Source: Blastocystis sp. subtype 4 (lineage: Eukaryota). Taken from it: 57,082 nucleotides of DNA. Every line of letters starts with the position of its first letter. The stretch's first letter is position 1. A program made the translations under genes and the position numbers. Below the pieces are notes generated by a model. That model was not told where the DNA came from and searched no databases. It saw only the letters and a list, made by a program, of their open reading frames with translations. Positions 52,646 through 57,082 of this stretch are shown piece by piece. The DNA is taken from contig NW_014569517.1 in assembly GCF_000743755.1 (NCBI RefSeq), forward strand, positions 1-57,082, in the 5' to 3' direction.

Positions 52646-53400
52646 ATGATGGAGGAGGAGAAACGATATGTTGATAAGACCTATTGGGACAATCGGTACG
52701 CATCGAAAATGGAGTCCTTTGAATGGTAGTTTCTTGTTCTCTATATAATTGTTAGGGTAATCGGATACGAGTCATTAAAAGCGTTTGATATAGATAGGTT
52801 CATAAAGAAAGATGATTCAATTCTGTTTCCCGGATGTGGCAATTCGTGTATCAAATCCGCAAATAACTGATCTTCAGTAATCACTCGGGACATGTATGAG
52901 GACGGATACCACAATCTTACTGCCATTGATATTTCGGATGTAGTTATTCAGCAAATGAAAGAACGTGATAAGGATTATCCGTTAATTCAATGTAGCTCTG
53001 ATTTGATCCATTTGAGAGTAGATACAATTATGGATTGTTTTAACTTGTCATTTCCAACTGATTCGTTTGATGTTGTGATTGACAAGAGCACAATAGATAC
53101 ATTCTTATGTTCTGAAGAGCTACTTGAACAAATCCCGTTGTATTTGCAGGGTATATGTAGAGTTCTAAAGGAAGGAGGGACATTAATTGTCATATCATTT
53201 AATGAGCCAGATGTTGTATGGATTCGTTTATGTTTACACTGTAGTTTGATATGATTGCCTCTCTTTCTGATGACTTGTCCTATGATCTGGCTATGCGACG
53301 ATGTAGGTTAATTTGGTATCATTAATTGAAGGGGAGCAAGATCCGTCAAATCAGGAAGATCAAGGATTATTCAGTTATGTGTATATTTTTAAACGGAAGT
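52646..53400 (+). CDS. EEF1AKMT4/METTL13-like SAM methyltransferase; stop predicted as T+poly(A) at 53400
   Basis: YWDNRY....FEW, ILFPGCGNS, LTAIDISDVVIQQM, FDVVIDKSTID, RVLKEGG, SYVYIFKRK. Confidence 0.9.
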
Positions 53401-53438
53401 TCACTGTTTGTGTCATTCACATCGAAACATATCATCCC

Positions 53439-53848
53439 TTAACTAACATCTTCATTGTCACTATTGGTATCTTCTTTCAATAAGTCATCATCACTAAGGT
53501 GTGTGTCATCTCCCGTCTATAAATCATTAATGAATCCAACAGCTACCATATTCACGACCGAAGCAGCTTCTTGTTCCGTAATGATAGGAACTGGATCTGA
53601 AGGCTGTGGACTCAACGCTAATCCAGGTCCTACACTTCGTTTCTCTCGTCTAGATATGAAACATACCACTAACTTCACACTCCTTCAAAAGTCGTTCATA
53701 CTCCTCTAATTCTTCCTAATCATAACCATCAGACACGACAAAGTACATCAATTGTTGATGGGACAAATACTTTCCTGATCACCGCAACAATTACACAAAT
53801 GATAAACACTGACGCAATGGCCCCAATGACAGCCAGTATCGCTCCCAT
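53439..53848 (-). CDS. Small protein with N-terminal TM anchor and acidic tail
   Basis: MGAILAVIGAIASVFIICVIVAVIRK...; two introns; ends DNEDVS*. Confidence 0.55.
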
Positions 53849-53911
53849 GTAGATTAGAATGGATTCCAGAAACAGTAACGTTTTTGATATCTTTCATTTT
53901 CTCCTTTCATC

Positions 53912-55397
53912 ATGATCCTTGCATTCATCATCGACACTTCAGCCCATATGAACCAACTAACGGCAACTGGGTTTTCCATTATCCGTGTTGCTCAATCGAT
54001 TGTTTCTCTTGCAGCATTTCTTATATATAGGCACTCAACATTCTCCGTTTGTGTCAGCCAACAGACAAAGTGGCTGTGTTCACCTGTGAATCGTCGGGAG
54101 TTATTATTCTTCACAACCCTAAAGATGCAGAAGTTTGTATACAATCCATTGAGGCGAACAGCGTTTCTGATCCACAACGATTAATACGAAATGCTGTTAA
54201 TAGTATTCATGAATACCTCCTAAGTAAAGAGTGTGATACATTTGTCTGCTTGCTATGTGTGTTTGATTCATAGATCTATGGTCGTTTCCGACAGTTGTCT
54301 ATTCCTGTTACATATGTTTTTCTTTCCTCTGCGCTATCTCTGAAAGGAACAAACTCTTCGTGGGACTTTGTTGGTCATGACAATCTTTTATCTCCGTTCC
54401 GGTGGGATCAGCAATTTAATGCATACATTATATATTCTCCAGTCTTATTCAACAATACACCTCTTGAAGTGAAAGACAGTTCGTTGTATGCAATTTGTAT
54501 TAGTACTCGAGGACAGTTATTCAAAATTGATTCATTGTCTACCGCTCTTTCAGCAAACAATCAACTATTCTTAACAAGTCTTAAAGGAACAGATGTGGAT
54601 AAATCTCCTAAGGCCCATTTTTATCCTTCTGTGATTCTCATTTTTGACAAGCAAACATTGCCACAAAACTATCTGAAGAATATTGATTCGTTCCCAGAAT
54701 TTATGCAGGGGCTCGCTAAAGGAGAAGGTTTATCCTTTCCTATTCCTCTTATTCCAGCAGAGTCTTCATCCTTCCTATCGTTATCACAGGAAGAGAAGCT
54801 TGATCTGTTTTTCAAGCATTCCAGTGAGGTACAGTCATTTTATCCCTATCCCGAACAAGGTAAACCTAGAGGTAGCTATCCACTGTTTCGTATTCGGTTG
54901 ATTCATGAAGTTATTCCAGGAACGAGTCTTTTAGTAATCCTTTTCAATAGGAAATAATCGATAGAATCGAATTCAGAAAACTCAGCTTCCCTATGACTTG
55001 ATTGTGATTCGAAGTGATGAGATTCAGGAATACTCCAAACACTATTTGCATCTGCTCTCAGATATCTATCAGTGCTGTTCATCCCAAACCACAAACATTC
55101 GACCATATTTGCAAGGAGAGGATAAACACACTTATGGAGTTCTTCTGGAAGCAAGTGAAAGTCTCGTCAAACTTCTTTTCTTCACTCCTGATTTCCCACT
55201 GCTGGAGGAGAAAATAGAACAGAACGATATCAATTCCATCATTCAATGGATCCAAACAATTCCACTGGAGTATGTTCCCTCTGTGTACTCGTATTTGAAG
55301 TCTTGTAACATTCACATTCCTTTTTCTTGTCCTTCATTACCTTCAAGAAGTCAAATCTCATTCAGAGACCGAATTCAAATCCGGATTTTTGAGAAGT
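53912..55397 (+). CDS. INTS6: Integrator subunit 6-like VWA protein; stop predicted as T+poly(A) at 55397 (genomic stop 55411)
   Basis: MILAFIIDTSAHMNQ....G, PFRWDQ, ICISTRG, PRGSYP match the INTS6 N-terminal half. Confidence 0.8.
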
Positions 55398-55401
55398 GCC
55401 C

Positions 55402-55409
55402 TGTTTGTT
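55402..55409 (+). terminator. TGTTTGTT 3'-end motif of INTS6, inside the genomic ORF
   Basis: AAG-T-GCCC-TGTTTGTT. Confidence 0.8.
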
Positions 55410-55494
55410 AGAAGTTGCTCATCACTGTGAGAAGTTTCTCAGAATTTTCTTGCTTACTTTGCTTTTTGTCTCTGTTCTGCATTCATTATTTTCA

Positions 55495-57082
55495 ATGACT
55501 GGTAGCGAAGTTGAACTTGTTTCGAATAGTATAACTAGTAAGGAGACTTCTGTAGCTGTACCTGTAAATAAGAAAGAGGAGAAGCCAACGTCACTTACAA
55601 CGTTGTTCTTTCGTTTCTCTTCAACCAAAGAACGTGTCATTCTTTTCCTTGGTTTCTTTTTTGCGGTTTTTGGAGGAGTTCTCATTCCCTTGTCCTATAC
55701 ATTTTATGGAGACTTGATGAATACATTAATTCAAAAACCATTAGAAGTTTCTGTAGTTGTCAAAGTCATTTCGCTATTTGCTCTCTTTATGGGAAGTTCT
55801 GCTGTTCTTGCATTCTTTGAACGGCTCTGTTTATCCTATTTTGCTGGTAATGTTGATGAGTATCTCTAAACATAGAGCGTGTGACGATTCGTTATCGTCA
55901 AGCGTATATCCAAGCTGTAATGTATCACGATATCGAATACATTGAGAGTATCAGTCCAGGTCGTCTGGGCCAACGATTCTCAGAAGAGTCCTCTCGCATG
56001 GTGAATGGATTGGGACCGGAATTAGGCTTAATGTTTCGTGCGATTGCTTCAATGATTACTGGCGCAATTATCGGTCTAACCTATAATGTGTTAGTGACAT
56101 TGCTTGTATTCATCGCATTACCTGTGATTTTCTTCTTCGGTAAGAAGTATCAGAGTTATTTCTCGAGTGCTTACGAAGTCACAATGAAGGAACATCAGGA
56201 AGTTGATACCATCAGCGAAGAGACCTTCCGGAATATCAAGACTGTGGCTTCTTTGGGAGCCGAAAATACAATTGCAAGTCGATGTGAGAAGATCATTCGG
56301 AACTGTTGTTCATATATGATGCGTGCGAATATTCGAGGAGGGGAGTACTACTGTGGTATGATTGCTTCCAATCAACTCTCCTTCGCGTATCTCTTCATCA
56401 TTTCCATTCTTATCATTTACAATCAGCGTATTCACTATCCTCATCTCCTCTTCGATAATGGTTGTACAGAGGAGTTATCCACTTCTGTGGATGTCTGTTT
56501 CAATACACTGATCTCTCTGAATGAGACATGTCATACTCTCTGTAATGAGATTGAACAATGCTGGTATCATGATGGTAGTAGATGTTTAGTGGGAGGAGAA
56601 GTCATTACAATTATGATGGCTGTTGTTAGTGCATTCCCTAGCTTTGGTAATTCTTTCTCAGCTCTAGTATCGTTGGCCAAATCACGAATGTCGGCTTCTT
56701 TCTTTTTAGATGTGATTGATCATAAGGATGAAGTGAACACTGAGAGTCAATCAGGGATTCGTCCTGAATCGAGTAAGGGAGATATTGTGTTTAAGGACAT
56801 TGATTTCAAGTATGCTTCTCGAGACAGCCAAGTACTCAATCATCTCAATATGACGATTCATGAGGATGAGATGTTAGGAATTGTTGGAGAGAGTGGTTCA
56901 GGGAAGTCTACGATTCTCAAGCTTCTTATGCAACTGTATGCACCTTCTGGTGGTAGTATCACGTGGAATGGAATGGATACAAAGACTTTGGATGTTCATT
57001 GGTTACGTGAGAATATCAGTTATGTTGCTCAGGAGCCAGTTCTGTTCTCAGGCACAATCCGAGAGAATCTGATGTATGGTCG
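55495..57082 (+). CDS. ABCB (MDR/P-glycoprotein-like) transporter, truncated by window edge
   Basis: LFFRFS, TM helices, EETFRNIKTVAS, GDIVFKDIDFKYASR, Walker A GESGSGKST, Q-loop YVAQEPVLF. Confidence 0.95.

Overview
Very gene-dense, AT-rich eukaryotic nuclear DNA. It holds about 40 protein genes broken by about 30-nt GT-AG introns, two tRNA genes, very short intergenic spacers and a TGTTTGTT motif after most genes. This combination is characteristic of the stramenopile gut protist Blastocystis (inferred from architecture, no database search). Recognisable genes: H3/H4 pair, CLPTM1, BK-type K+ channel, GT49 glycosyltransferase, transketolase, FYVE protein, PP1, Oxa1, Grx5, EST1/SMG-like, USP, LSm1, choline kinase, Nit2, Clp1, PTPS-III, REI1, Arc1-like, lipin, SAPS, CDK, formin, tafazzin, NAA15, mitochondrial EF-G, methyltransferase, INTS6 and an ABCB transporter. 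Two RNA-processing systems stand out. (1) In five genes (CDK, methyltransferase, INTS6, EST1-like, a Cys-rich protein) an in-frame T or TG lies exactly 5 nt before the motif, so poly(A) addition would create the stop codon; several other genes have 0-1 nt 3'UTRs. (2) Five miniature U12-type introns (39-49 nt; AT-AC, one probably AT-AG) are needed to restore reading frames. Other oddities: degenerate Clp1 P-loop, lipin with an inserted GOLD domain, G34T histone H3, and a frameshifted formin repeat. Gene models were spliced by hand, so outer coordinates are approximate where stated.
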